This document shows, in pieces, positions 30,217 to 39,721 of a stretch of DNA of 64,000 bases; positions within the stretch are counted from its first letter, which is position 1; the number at the start of each line of letters is the position of its first letter. Source of the stretch: Spirochaetia bacterium (GTDB taxonomy: Bacteria; Spirochaetota; Spirochaetia; CADAEX01); assembly GCA_045606105.1 (NCBI GenBank), contig JAZURI010000002.1, forward strand, positions 160,001-224,000. The letters are read 5' to 3'. The notes below the pieces were generated by a model that saw only the letters and a list, made by a program, of their open reading frames with translations, ran no database searches and was not told the origin of the DNA. Both the position numbers and the translations under genes were made by a program.

Positions 30217-31287
30217 CTATTTTTTTTTCGTATTATATCCCGTACTCATCATGATACTGATGAATTTTGTACTTTCGAAGTAACTGAAGGCTACCCTGAA
30301 CATAACAGTTATAGGAACGGCAAGAACTGCTCCCAGCGGACCCCATATCCATGACCAGAAAGCGAGAGTGATAAGGATAAGCACCGGGCTGAGATTAAGG
30401 TTGGATCCCTGAATACGAGGCTCAATGAAGTTACCCATCAGCTGCTGGATTCCCAGGTTAAGGAGGAATATTACCATAGGAAGGATTGGTTCCGGATAGA
30501 ACTGCACTATACCCTGTATGGAAATAAGTACAACGACAATGGTTGAACCGATAGTAGGTACGAAGTTAAGGAAGAATGCTATACAACCCCAGATAAGAGG
30601 GAAATCCACCCCTGTAAGCTCAAGTACAAGCCATACCTCAAGACCTGTGAGGAAGGAGATGATGGACTTGATGAAGAAGTACTTACCTACCAGCTGCAGG
30701 ATTCTGGCACTGATGATGGTAAACTTCTTGGAGGCCTGGAAGTTGAAGGCATCGTTGATTTTAGATGATATATACGGATATTCGAGAAACAGGAAAAACA
30801 TGAAGATGAAGATAAGCACTGTATATCCCATCATCTTGGTAAAGGAGCCCGAAACTCCCATTACATAGTTCTGAACTATTGAATACCAGTCGTAGGCAGC
30901 CAGGAAATCGGGTGCCGTATCCAGCTTGAAGAGAATCATGATACGGGTTGAGAAATCGGCATAGATATCCCTGAACTTGTTAAGATACTTCGGATAATCG
31001 CTGATGAAGACACTGAAGCTGGACTGGACGACAGTGATTAAGAAATACAGGAAAACCGCCAGGATGGTCATGATAAGGATTACGGCCAGTGTTCTCGGTA
31101 TCTTGCATTTATCTTCAAGAAACTGCATGACAGGAAACAGCATGAAGCTGATCATAATGGCAAATACCAATGGAGCCATAACGGATGCGGAAGACTTCAG
31201 GAAAAAGCATCCCACCATTACAAAAATCAGGACAAACAGAATGAGAATAGCCTGATTAAGTTTATTAGTATTGTCATTTTTCAACAT
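30217..31287 (-). CDS. AI-2E family transporter
   Basis: FFLNFVPTIGS and GNFIEPRIQGSNLNLSP...WSWIWGPLGAVLAVP motifs. Confidence 0.9.
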   Translation of the reverse strand: MLKNDNTNKLNQAILILFVLIFVMVGCFFLKSSASVMAPLVFAIMISFMLFPVMQFLEDKCKIPRTLAVILIMTILAVFLYFLITVVQSSFSVFISDYPKYLNKFRDIYADFSTRIMILFKLDTAPDFLAAYDWYSIVQNYVMGVSGSFTKMMGYTVLIFIFMFFLFLEYPYISSKINDAFNFQASKKFTIISARILQLVGKYFFIKSIISFLTGLEVWLVLELTGVDFPLIWGCIAFFLNFVPTIGSTIVVVLISIQGIVQFYPEPILPMVIFLLNLGIQQLMGNFIEPRIQGSNLNLSPVLILITLAFWSWIWGPLGAVLAVPITVMFRVAFSYFESTKFISIMMSTGYNTKKK

Positions 31288-31362
31288 TTAAAATATTATC
31301 CTGAATTACAGATTAACATATTGTTAATTTAATTATAATAAAAAAATTTACAGAGGGAAAGA

Positions 31363-31872
31363 GTGATTGCTAAATTTAAGGAAAAATTTCCAAAAATAGA
31401 AAAACCTGCTTTCATTGCAGACAATGCTGTTATTACCGGAGATGTTGAAATCAAGGAAGATGCCAGCATCTGGTACGGAGCTGTTCTCAGAGGTGATATC
31501 GAACCTATCGTCATCGGAAAAGGGTCAAATGTACAGGACGGCTGCATTCTCCATACCTCTGAGGGAACACCATGTATTCTCGGAGACTATGTATCTGTGG
31601 GACATGCCGCAATACTTCACGGCTGCAGGATCGAAAACTACTGCCTTATCGGTATGGGAGCAACAATCATCGATGATGCGGTTATCGGAGAGGAATCCAT
31701 TGTAGGAGCTTGTGCGCTTGTTACAAAAGGAAAGAAATTCCCTCCTCGCTCCATGATTCTCGGAAATCCGGCAAAGGTTGTAAGATCCCTCACCGACGAG
31801 GAGGTTGCAATGCTTCATTCCCATCCTATGCACTATATTCAGGTTGCAAAGGATACGGAAGAAAGCCGCTGA
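31363..31872 (+). CDS. Gamma carbonic anhydrase family (YrdA-like) protein
   Basis: Hexapeptide repeats; IWYGAVLRGD, SNVQDG.ILH and VGHAAILHGC motifs. Confidence 0.92.
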   Translation: MIAKFKEKFPKIEKPAFIADNAVITGDVEIKEDASIWYGAVLRGDIEPIVIGKGSNVQDGCILHTSEGTPCILGDYVSVGHAAILHGCRIENYCLIGMGATIIDDAVIGEESIVGACALVTKGKKFPPRSMILGNPAKVVRSLTDEEVAMLHSHPMHYIQVAKDTEESR

Positions 31873-31878
31873 TATGAA

Positions 31879-32829
31879 CTATTCAAGGGATGACGGACTT
31901 ACGAAGGACATCTTGTCAATCGGATTGTCTATCATCTCTGACTTGAGTATGAAGCTGATATCATAATCAAGAGCTTCAAGATCTTCAGCTGTCAGCTTGC
32001 TGATGAAGTGACTCCAGCTGTAGAGCCTTTCCGCATCCTCAATGGAAATATCCTGAATCTCAGCACCCAGGCGGATTGCCTCCTTTTCATTTTCATTCAT
32101 CCATTTTACAGCCTTTTCATAAGCGGAAAGGTAGATTTCCAGCATATCCGGATACTCTTCCACGAACTTCTTTCCGGCTGCTGCAACGAGAAGCGGCTTT
32201 ACATACCCTTCACAGGTAACCAGGATTCTGGCACCGTTCTTTTCGGCTGCAATCACGGCTGCTGCCGCGGCAAGAGCACAGTCCACTTTTCCGGCCAGCA
32301 TGGCAGAGGTTGCGTTAGGAATACTCATATTGACGAAATTGATATCCTTGCGGCTCATTCCCTCCTTGGCAAGAACTGCTTCCAGAAGTTCGTCAAGCAC
32401 GGTACCTCTCGGACCTGCCACAGTCTTTCCCCTGAGGTCGGCAGGAGTCTTTACGGAATCATTGGCTGTGATGATGGTGAACATCTGCTCCGGTCTGCTG
32501 AAGCCTGAGAAGATTTCCACAGGGTTTCCGGCAGCATTTGCAAGAATCACCGATGCGGTATTGATAACAGATGCAATATCCAGGGAGCCGGCAGCTATTG
32601 CTTCGGACTGCTTGGCACCGGAATTGATCTCGTAATAATTTACCTTGATACCTTTCTTTCCGAATTCCTCTTCTGCAATCTGCTTTTCCTTCATGATGAT
32701 GAGAGGAAGGTTAAAAGGATCCCTTACATAGGAGATATTGATTTCTTCAAGCTCCTTCTCCCCTTTGCCCGATGCAAATGAAGAGACTGCAAGAAGAACC
32801 ATGAGAGTAAAACAAAGGATTTTTTTCAT
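31879..32829 (-). CDS. SsuA/NrtA/NMT1-type ABC substrate-binding protein (no cognate permease or ATPase nearby)
   Basis: Spirochete-type signal MKKIL...FASGKGE; SGAKQSEAIAAGSLDIA and LRGKTVAGPRGT motifs. Confidence 0.85.
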   Translation of the reverse strand: MKKILCFTLMVLLAVSSFASGKGEKELEEINISYVRDPFNLPLIIMKEKQIAEEEFGKKGIKVNYYEINSGAKQSEAIAAGSLDIASVINTASVILANAAGNPVEIFSGFSRPEQMFTIITANDSVKTPADLRGKTVAGPRGTVLDELLEAVLAKEGMSRKDINFVNMSIPNATSAMLAGKVDCALAAAAAVIAAEKNGARILVTCEGYVKPLLVAAAGKKFVEEYPDMLEIYLSAYEKAVKWMNENEKEAIRLGAEIQDISIEDAERLYSWSHFISKLTAEDLEALDYDISFILKSEMIDNPIDKMSFVSPSSLE

Positions 32830-32941
32830 GATGTTTTTCCTTAGACAGGTCAGTGTCCCGGAGGACCTTTCCATTCAGATTTATTCTTTCATACGAAAGA
32901 TTTCCATGGGGTCAGCACAGGCTTCCCCCTAAGAAGCATTG

Positions 32942-33187
32942 TTATCTGGCAGAGTAAACTGTCTTGGTGCTGATTCCCCGGAGCATTCCCAGCTTTCCCG
33001 AAAGGGCGCTGATGATATCGGTAGGAGCATCCACCGCAATGCTGATGACTGAGATGTTCTTCTCCCTGTAGGGGATTCCCATACGGCCGATGATATAGCT
33101 GCTGTAGTCATGAAGAATGCTGTTCATTCTCTCCACAGCCTCCGGATTTTCGATAATTATACCAATAAGGGCTACTCTTGTTTCCAT
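32942..33187 (-). CDS. TM1266 family iron-only hydrogenase system putative regulator
   Basis: METRVALIGIIIE...NSILHDYSSYIIGRMGIPY...ISALSGKLG; 81 aa ACT-like fold. Confidence 0.9.
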   Translation of the reverse strand: METRVALIGIIIENPEAVERMNSILHDYSSYIIGRMGIPYREKNISVISIAVDAPTDIISALSGKLGMLRGISTKTVYSAR

Positions 33188-33222
33188 ACTTGAATTATAT
33201 AAAAAAAAAGCCCTTTTGACAA
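33188..33222 (-). promoter_or_regulatory. Near-consensus sigma70 promoter TTGTCA-N17-TATAAT, 6 nt before ATG (leaderless)
   Basis: -35 at 33222-33217, -10 at 33199-33194, ATG at 33187. Confidence 0.75.
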
Positions 33223-33226
33223 TAAA

Positions 33227-34243
33227 TCAGAGAATAATCATGCAGTCGCCGTAGGAAAAGAAACGGTATCTTTCGGAAACGGCATGGGAATAGGCCTCTT
33301 TTATGAGCTTTTCTCCTGCAAAGGCTGAAACCAGCATAAGGAGCGTGGATTCAGGGGTATGGAAATTGGTAAAGAGCCTGTCCACGAACCTGAAGCTGTA
33401 GCCCGGATAGATGAATATGGAGGTTGAGCTGCTTCCCGGAGGAATGATACCCTCCCGGCAGGCCGATTCCAGGGTACGCATGGAGGTGGTACCTACGGCG
33501 GTTATCCTCTTTCCGGCTCTCTTTGCTTCATTGAGCTTATCCGAAACATCCTGAGGAATAAAATACTCCTCCGTATGCATTCTGTGGTCCTCGATATTTT
33601 CGCTGCGGATAGGAAAGAAGGTTCCGGCACCCACATGGAGGGTTACCTCAAGAATTTCTGTCCCTTTTCCTTTCAGCTTTTCAAGGATTTCATCGGTAAA
33701 ATGAAGTCCTGCCGTAGGAGCTGCCACCGAGCCTGTCTCCTTGGCATAGATGGTCTGATACCTGCTGCTGTCCATTTCCTCATCACTGCGCTTAATGTAG
33801 GGTGGCAGCGGAACATGGGCATTCCGGTCAAGATACAGGTCATCTATCACACGGGAAAATTCTAGAATCCTGGAATCATCATGAACCTCTGTGATTACCC
33901 CGGTCACATCCTCAGGAAAGCTGAATTCCTTTCCCGGAACCTGTTTCCGGCTCTTTTTGCAGATAACCTCCCAGCTTCTGTCCGAAAGGGGCCGGAGCAG
34001 AAAGAACTCCACCCTTCCTCCCGTCCTGCTGGTTCCGTAGATCCTGGCTTTCCGGACCTTTGTATTGTTTACCACAAGGATATCGTTTTCATCGAAATAA
34101 TCGGTGATGTCGGCTATGTTCCTGTCCAGATAAAGCCCCTTTTCCCGGTCAAGAACCATCATCCTGGATGTTCCCCTGACTTCGGGCGGATACTGGGCTA
34201 TAAGCTCCTGGGGAAGGTCAAAACTGAAGTCGCTGGTTTTCAT
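33227..34243 (-). CDS. queA: S-adenosylmethionine:tRNA ribosyltransferase-isomerase
   Basis: [24 protein letters not shown]...[20 protein letters not shown] and YRFFSYGD motifs. Confidence 0.97.
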   Translation of the reverse strand: MKTSDFSFDLPQELIAQYPPEVRGTSRMMVLDREKGLYLDRNIADITDYFDENDILVVNNTKVRKARIYGTSRTGGRVEFFLLRPLSDRSWEVICKKSRKQVPGKEFSFPEDVTGVITEVHDDSRILEFSRVIDDLYLDRNAHVPLPPYIKRSDEEMDSSRYQTIYAKETGSVAAPTAGLHFTDEILEKLKGKGTEILEVTLHVGAGTFFPIRSENIEDHRMHTEEYFIPQDVSDKLNEAKRAGKRITAVGTTSMRTLESACREGIIPPGSSSTSIFIYPGYSFRFVDRLFTNFHTPESTLLMLVSAFAGEKLIKEAYSHAVSERYRFFSYGDCMIIL

Positions 34244-35252
34244 CGTTTCCTCCCGGTTCCAGTCCCAGATGCTGATATGCGGCCTGTGTCACGATTCTCC
34301 CTCTCGGTGTACGCTGTATGAAGCCTCTCTGGATAAGATAAGGCTCGTAGAAATCCTCCAGTGTTTCGGTGGATTCTCCTACGGATATGGCAAGGGTATC
34401 GGCTCCCACGGGACCGCCGGAATAGTTTTCTATAATTACCCTGAGTATTTCCCGGTCCTGCTTTTCAAGACCGCATTCATCGATACCCAGCTTGGAAAGA
34501 CCGAAACGTACAGTATCCACGGTGATGATATTACTGCCTGAAATCTGGGCAAAATCCCTCATTCTACGGAGAATGCGGTTGGCTACACGGGGAGTTCCCC
34601 TGCAGCAGGAGGCCATGAGATCCAGAGCCCTGTCATCTATTTCTATATTCAGGATAGCTGCGGAACGGGTGAGAATATTTATTATTTCATCCTTTTCGTA
34701 GAGATTCATCCTGATGTTGATACCAAAACGGCTGAAAAGAGGACTTGAAACATTGCCCGACTTGGTGGTGGCCCCCACAAGGGTGAAGGGCGGTATCGGC
34801 AGTCTGATGGAACGGGCGGAAGGACCCTGCCCTATGATCCAGTCCAGCTCGAAATCCTCCATGGCAATATAGAGCATCTCCTCGATGGCCGGCTTGAGAC
34901 GATGGATTTCATCTATGAAGAAAACCGTATTCGGGGAAATGGTGGTAAGAAGACCTGCCAGATCCTTTGGTTTATCCAGTGCCGGAGCAGAGGTAACCTT
35001 GAACTCGCTCCCCATTTCATGTGCAATGATACCGGCAAGGGTGGTTTTTCCCAATCCCGGAGGGCCGCTGAAAAAAACATGATCCAGGCTTTCGCCTCTT
35101 CCCTTGGCTGCCTTGAGAAAAATCCTGAGATTCTCCTTGAGCTGCTTCTGCCCCTGGAAGTCGTCGAGACTCACGGGCCTGAGAGCCGTATCCTTTCTGT
35201 CCTCAGGTATGATGCTACCGGATAAAATGTTATCGTCTTCTGTTTCTATCAT
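34218..35252 (-). CDS. ruvB: Holliday junction branch migration helicase RuvB
   Basis: [28 protein letters not shown] and QRTPRGR motifs. Confidence 0.98.
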   Translation of the reverse strand: MIETEDDNILSGSIIPEDRKDTALRPVSLDDFQGQKQLKENLRIFLKAAKGRGESLDHVFFSGPPGLGKTTLAGIIAHEMGSEFKVTSAPALDKPKDLAGLLTTISPNTVFFIDEIHRLKPAIEEMLYIAMEDFELDWIIGQGPSARSIRLPIPPFTLVGATTKSGNVSSPLFSRFGINIRMNLYEKDEIINILTRSAAILNIEIDDRALDLMASCCRGTPRVANRILRRMRDFAQISGSNIITVDTVRFGLSKLGIDECGLEKQDREILRVIIENYSGGPVGADTLAISVGESTETLEDFYEPYLIQRGFIQRTPRGRIVTQAAYQHLGLEPGGNDENQRLQF

Positions 35253-35848
35253 GTGCTTAACATTACGATGGCCTGCTTGAAGAGATATTTCTCAAGCTCA
35301 TCTTCCTTCATGTTCTTAGTATCGGAATTTTTCAGCACTTCATCAACAGCTTTCTGTGCCTTTCTGCGGTCGAAGCCCATATCCGAAAGTGCATTGACAA
35401 TATCGCCGAACCTGTGCTTTTCCTCCGGAATCTCCTCCTCTGTCCTGACAAGCTTTCCCCTGAGGGCAAGCAGTATCTTCTGGGCAGTTTTCTTTCCGAT
35501 ACCCGGAATACCTGCCAGCAGCTCCACATCATCCCTGTCCAGGGCCTCTGCCAGCTGGTCCACTGTAACCGAGGAGAGCATCTTCATGGCCTGCTTCGGA
35601 CCGATTCCGCTGACCTTGAGAAGCTCCAGGAAAAAAAGTCTTTCATCTGAAGAGCTGAAACCGTAAAGCTTTACTGCATCCTCTCTGTGAAGCAGATAGA
35701 TGTAGAGCCTGCACTCCTCCCCGTTTCCGGGAAGAGCTCCCAGTGTCTTGGTGGATACGGTAATATCCCATTCTATTCCCGACGGGCTGAGAAGAAATAC
35801 ATTTTCCGCCCCCTTGTGGGTCAGCGTGCCGTATAATGAATTAAACAT
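35249..35848 (-). CDS. ruvA: Holliday junction DNA-binding protein RuvA
   Basis: MFNSLYG start (35848); [18 protein letters not shown] and [11 protein letters not shown] motifs. Confidence 0.96.
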   Translation of the reverse strand: MFNSLYGTLTHKGAENVFLLSPSGIEWDITVSTKTLGALPGNGEECRLYIYLLHREDAVKLYGFSSSDERLFFLELLKVSGIGPKQAMKMLSSVTVDQLAEALDRDDVELLAGIPGIGKKTAQKILLALRGKLVRTEEEIPEEKHRFGDIVNALSDMGFDRRKAQKAVDEVLKNSDTKNMKEDELEKYLFKQAIVMLST

Positions 35849-36323
35849 TGTTAAAGCTCCTGTTGTTGAAATGACAGATAGCGGCAGACAAGGCATCGGC
35901 AGCATGGTCGGGTCTAGGAACCTTTTCAAGGTTAAGTATAAGGCGTACCATTTCCTGCACCTGCTTCTTTTCAGCCCGCCCCTCTCCTACCACGGCCCTT
36001 TTTATGACCTGAGGGGAATATTCCGCCACCGGAAGGTTTCTCATTGCAAATGCAAGCTGAATAACCCCCTTTGCATGGGCTACCGGAATACCGCTGGTTA
36101 TATTCTTTACGAAAAAAAGTCCTTCTACGCCGGCTTCATCAGGCTTATAGGTATCAAGAACCTGATTGATGTCCTTAAAAATGACGAAAAGCCGCTGAGA
36201 CAGCGGCATTTCGGGAAGAGTTTTGATAACTCCGTGACTTATATATCTGATTTTGTTTCCTTCAGACTCAATAATACCGTAGCCTGTGGAGGCGAGTCCC
36301 GGATCTACTCCGATAATTCTCAC
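35841..36323 (-). CDS. ruvC: Crossover junction endodeoxyribonuclease RuvC
   Basis: IIGVDPGLASTGYG, GRAEKKQVQEMV and DHAADAL motifs. Confidence 0.97.
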   Translation of the reverse strand: MRIIGVDPGLASTGYGIIESEGNKIRYISHGVIKTLPEMPLSQRLFVIFKDINQVLDTYKPDEAGVEGLFFVKNITSGIPVAHAKGVIQLAFAMRNLPVAEYSPQVIKRAVVGEGRAEKKQVQEMVRLILNLEKVPRPDHAADALSAAICHFNNRSFNNV

Positions 36324-36331
36324 TTTATTAA

Positions 36332-37075
36332 TCAGTCTTCCATTTCAAAGTCGTCAGGAACTTCCAGGTTTGTTGAAACGTTCTGAACGTCATCAAGATC
36401 CTCAAGTCTTTCGATAAGCTTAAGGGCCTTTGCTGTCTTTTCCTTGTCTACAGAAACCATAAGATCCGCAATTCTGCTTACTTCTGCCTCTGTCTGCTCG
36501 AAACCTGCCTTGTTGAGAGCATCGAGAACAGCCATGAAATCTTCAGGAGCTGTAATAACCTCAATGGTTCCGTCTTCTGTGCTTACATCGTCTGCGCCTG
36601 CTTCAAGAGCTACGGAGAAAATGTCATCTTCGCTGTATTTTGATGCATCAAAAGCAATAACACCCTTTCTCTTGAAAAGATGGGATACGCTTCCTGTGGC
36701 ACCGAGGTTTCCGCCGCCCTTTGTAAGAACACTTCTTACATCAGCTGCAGTTCTGTTCTTGTTGTCTGTAAGTGTTTCAATAAGAAGGGCAACTCCGCCC
36801 GGGCCATAACCTTCGTACATGAGTTCTACATATTCAACACCTTCAAGCTCACCTGTACCTTTCTTAATGGCTTTATCGATATTATCCTTAGGCATGTTTG
36901 CTGCTTTTGCCTTGAGAATGATGGCACGGAGTCTTGGGTTTCCTTCCTCGTCACCGCCGCCCATTTTGGCTGCAACAGTAATTTCCTTGATAATTTTTGT
37001 AAAAATCTGACCGCGCTTTGCGTCAGCAGCACCTTTTTTATGCTTGATACTTGCCCATTTGCTATGACCGGACAT
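36332..37075 (-). CDS. yebC: YebC/PmpR family protein
   Basis: [30 protein letters not shown] and [10 protein letters not shown] motifs. Confidence 0.96.
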   Translation of the reverse strand: MSGHSKWASIKHKKGAADAKRGQIFTKIIKEITVAAKMGGGDEEGNPRLRAIILKAKAANMPKDNIDKAIKKGTGELEGVEYVELMYEGYGPGGVALLIETLTDNKNRTAADVRSVLTKGGGNLGATGSVSHLFKRKGVIAFDASKYSEDDIFSVALEAGADDVSTEDGTIEVITAPEDFMAVLDALNKAGFEQTEAEVSRIADLMVSVDKEKTAKALKLIERLEDLDDVQNVSTNLEVPDDFEMED

Positions 37076-37158
37076 AAAGTCTCCTTAAACTATATAGATT
37101 GAAAAAAATCTATCATATGAGAAAACCTCGGTCAAGAGGTTGCCCACATGATTTGGTT

Positions 37159-38376
37159 TTACTTTGTTATGACACGGACGAATTTTTTCTTTCCGCCGCG
37201 GATAACCACTTCGCCGTCACTGTCAAGAACTGAGGCATCGATTACTGCCTTCACATCCCTGATATTGCTGTCGGCCACTACTGCACCACCCTGCTCTATG
37301 AGACGGCGTGCATCACTTTTTGTTCCTCCCAGAGCCCTGAAGAAAAGTTCTGTAATAAGGATACCTTTTTCAAAATCCTCTCTCGGAATCTCGATGGAAG
37401 GCATGTTTTCCTTGTTTCCGCTTCCGCTGAAGGCTGCCCTGGCACCTGAAAGGGCCTTGTCGGCCTCCTCCCTGCCGTGGATAAGGGCAGTAACCTCCCA
37501 CGCAAGTCTTTCCTTGGCCTCATTGATGTTGCCCTGACAGATTGCCGCAATTTCATCAAGTGAAAGGAAAGTGAAGAGCTTGAAGAATTTCTCCACATCA
37601 GGATCGTTTACATTTCTCCAGTACTGGAAAAAGTCGTATACAGGTGTAAGCTCAGGATCCAGGAAAATGGCTCCCTTCTCGCTCTTTCCCATTTTCTGAC
37701 CGTCGGCCCTGGTTACAAGCGGGAATGTGAGACCGAAGGCTTCATCTCCGGTAAGACGACGGATAAGGTCGATTCCTGCAACTATGTTACCCCACTGGTC
37801 ATCACCGCCGATCTGGAGACAGGCATTGTATTTCCTGTGGAGGTTGAGATAGTCAAAGCTCTGGAGAAGCTGATAGTTGAACTCGATGAATGAGAGACCT
37901 GTTTCCATTCTTTTCCTGTAGGACTCGAAGGTAAGCATCTTGTTTACGGAAAACTGGGAACCGATTTCCCTGAGGAAGTCGATGTAGTTCAGGTCTGCCA
38001 GCCAGTCCTTGTTGTTTACGGAATAGGCTTCGTTTCCGTCGAAACCGATGAAACGGTCCAGCTGGGCTGTAATTGATTTTGTATTTTCGTCAAGTGTTTC
38101 ATAGGAAAGCATCTTGCGCATTTCTGTCTTTCCGGACGGATCGCCGATTCTTGCGGTTCCCCCTCCCACCAGGGCAATTCCCTTGTGTCCCATGGCCTTC
38201 AGATGGCGGAGTGCGAAGAACGGTACCATATGACCGATATGAAGACTCGGTCCTGTTGGGTCACAGCCCACATAAAAGGTAACAGGTCCCTTGTCCATAA
38301 GGGCGGAAAGCCCTTCGATATCGGTACACTGCTGGAAAAAACCCCTTTCCTTTAAAACTTCAAGTGCCTTGTTCAT
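37159..38376 (-). CDS. tyrS: Tyrosine--tRNA ligase
   Basis: GCDPTGPSLHIGH, QIGGDDQWGNI and KMGKS motifs; S4 tail. Confidence 0.98.
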   Translation of the reverse strand: MNKALEVLKERGFFQQCTDIEGLSALMDKGPVTFYVGCDPTGPSLHIGHMVPFFALRHLKAMGHKGIALVGGGTARIGDPSGKTEMRKMLSYETLDENTKSITAQLDRFIGFDGNEAYSVNNKDWLADLNYIDFLREIGSQFSVNKMLTFESYRKRMETGLSFIEFNYQLLQSFDYLNLHRKYNACLQIGGDDQWGNIVAGIDLIRRLTGDEAFGLTFPLVTRADGQKMGKSEKGAIFLDPELTPVYDFFQYWRNVNDPDVEKFFKLFTFLSLDEIAAICQGNINEAKERLAWEVTALIHGREEADKALSGARAAFSGSGNKENMPSIEIPREDFEKGILITELFFRALGGTKSDARRLIEQGGAVVADSNIRDVKAVIDASVLDSDGEVVIRGGKKKFVRVITK

Positions 38377-38386
38377 CTGTACTTCC

Positions 38387-39721
38387 TTAAACCCTCTTGT
38401 AATCCTTGTCTGCCTGACGGATTACTGCCGGGATATCCTCGATTCTGATTCTCTTCTGTTCCATGGAATCCCTGAATCTGATAGTTACGGTCCCGTTTTC
38501 CTTTGTATCGTAGTCTACTGTGATACAGTAAGGAGTTCCGATTTCATCCTGGCGTCTGTATCTGCGTCCGATAGCACCGCCCTGATCGTAATATGTGGTG
38601 AAATCCTCTCTCAGGTTCTTTTCGATCTCCTGTGCCATTTCAGCCAGTCCGTCCTTCTTTACCAGTGGGAAAACTGCAACCTTGATAGGGGCAACAGCCG
38701 GATGGAAATGGAGAACAACTCTGGAATCCTCTCCTTCAACTGCCTGCTCTTCGTAAGCATCTGAAAGAACTGTAAGAACTGTTCTTGTAAGACCTGCCGA
38801 TGTTTCAATAATATATGGAATGTATTTCCTGTTTGTTCCGTCTTCAAGATAGGACTGATCCTTTCCGGAATATTCGGAATGGCGTGTAAGGTCAAAGTTT
38901 GTTCTGTTGTGAACACCTTCAAGCTCCTGGAAGCCCATCGGGAATTCATATTCGATGTCGTATGCGCATTTTGCATAGTGTGCCAGCTCGTCCGGACCGT
39001 GCTCATGCCATCTGAGCTTGCTTTCCCTGATACCAAGCTTCTTGTAGTAGTTCCAGCGTTCGCCTCTCCAGTAATCAAACCATTTGTCGTCATCCTCAGG
39101 CTGAACGAAGAACTGCATCTCCATCTGCTCGAATTCACAGGTTCTGAAAATGAAGTTCTTGGTTGTGATCTCGTTTCTGAAAGCCTTTCCTACCTGTGCG
39201 ATACCGAAAGGAACCTTCATTCTGCAGTTCTGAACCACATTCTTGAAGTTTACGTAGATACCCTGTGCAGTTTCGGGACGGAGATAGACAATGCTTCCGT
39301 TTTCCTCCACCGGACCGATATGGGTCTTGAACATAAGGTTGAATTTTCTGGTTTCTGTAAGCTCGCCGCCGCATTCCGGACAGATCTTGCTTTTTGCGTT
39401 TTCTTCAGGAATCTTGTCCTCCCTGAATCTCTGCTTGCATTTCTTGCAGTCAACAAGAGGGTCTGTGAAGTTCTCCACATGACCGGAGGCTTCCCATACT
39501 CTCGGATGCATCATGATTGCAGCATCGATACCTACAATATTATCATGAAGTCTGGTCATTTCCTTCCACCAGAATTCCTGGATATTCTTTTTCAGGGCGA
39601 TTCCCAGAGGACCGTAGTCCCATGCTGAAGAAAGACCGCCGTAAATTTCACTTGACTGGAAGATAAAACCTCTTCTTTTACACAAGGAAACCAAGGTTTC
39701 CATACTAAGGTTGTTACTCAT
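38387..39721 (-). CDS. glyQS: Glycine--tRNA ligase (alpha2 type)
   Basis: LCKRRGFIFQSSEIYGG, LRPETAQGI, FRNEIT and EFEQME motifs; anticodon-binding domain. Confidence 0.98.
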   Translation of the reverse strand: MSNNLSMETLVSLCKRRGFIFQSSEIYGGLSSAWDYGPLGIALKKNIQEFWWKEMTRLHDNIVGIDAAIMMHPRVWEASGHVENFTDPLVDCKKCKQRFREDKIPEENAKSKICPECGGELTETRKFNLMFKTHIGPVEENGSIVYLRPETAQGIYVNFKNVVQNCRMKVPFGIAQVGKAFRNEITTKNFIFRTCEFEQMEMQFFVQPEDDDKWFDYWRGERWNYYKKLGIRESKLRWHEHGPDELAHYAKCAYDIEYEFPMGFQELEGVHNRTNFDLTRHSEYSGKDQSYLEDGTNRKYIPYIIETSAGLTRTVLTVLSDAYEEQAVEGEDSRVVLHFHPAVAPIKVAVFPLVKKDGLAEMAQEIEKNLREDFTTYYDQGGAIGRRYRRQDEIGTPYCITVDYDTKENGTVTIRFRDSMEQKRIRIEDIPAVIRQADKDYKRV

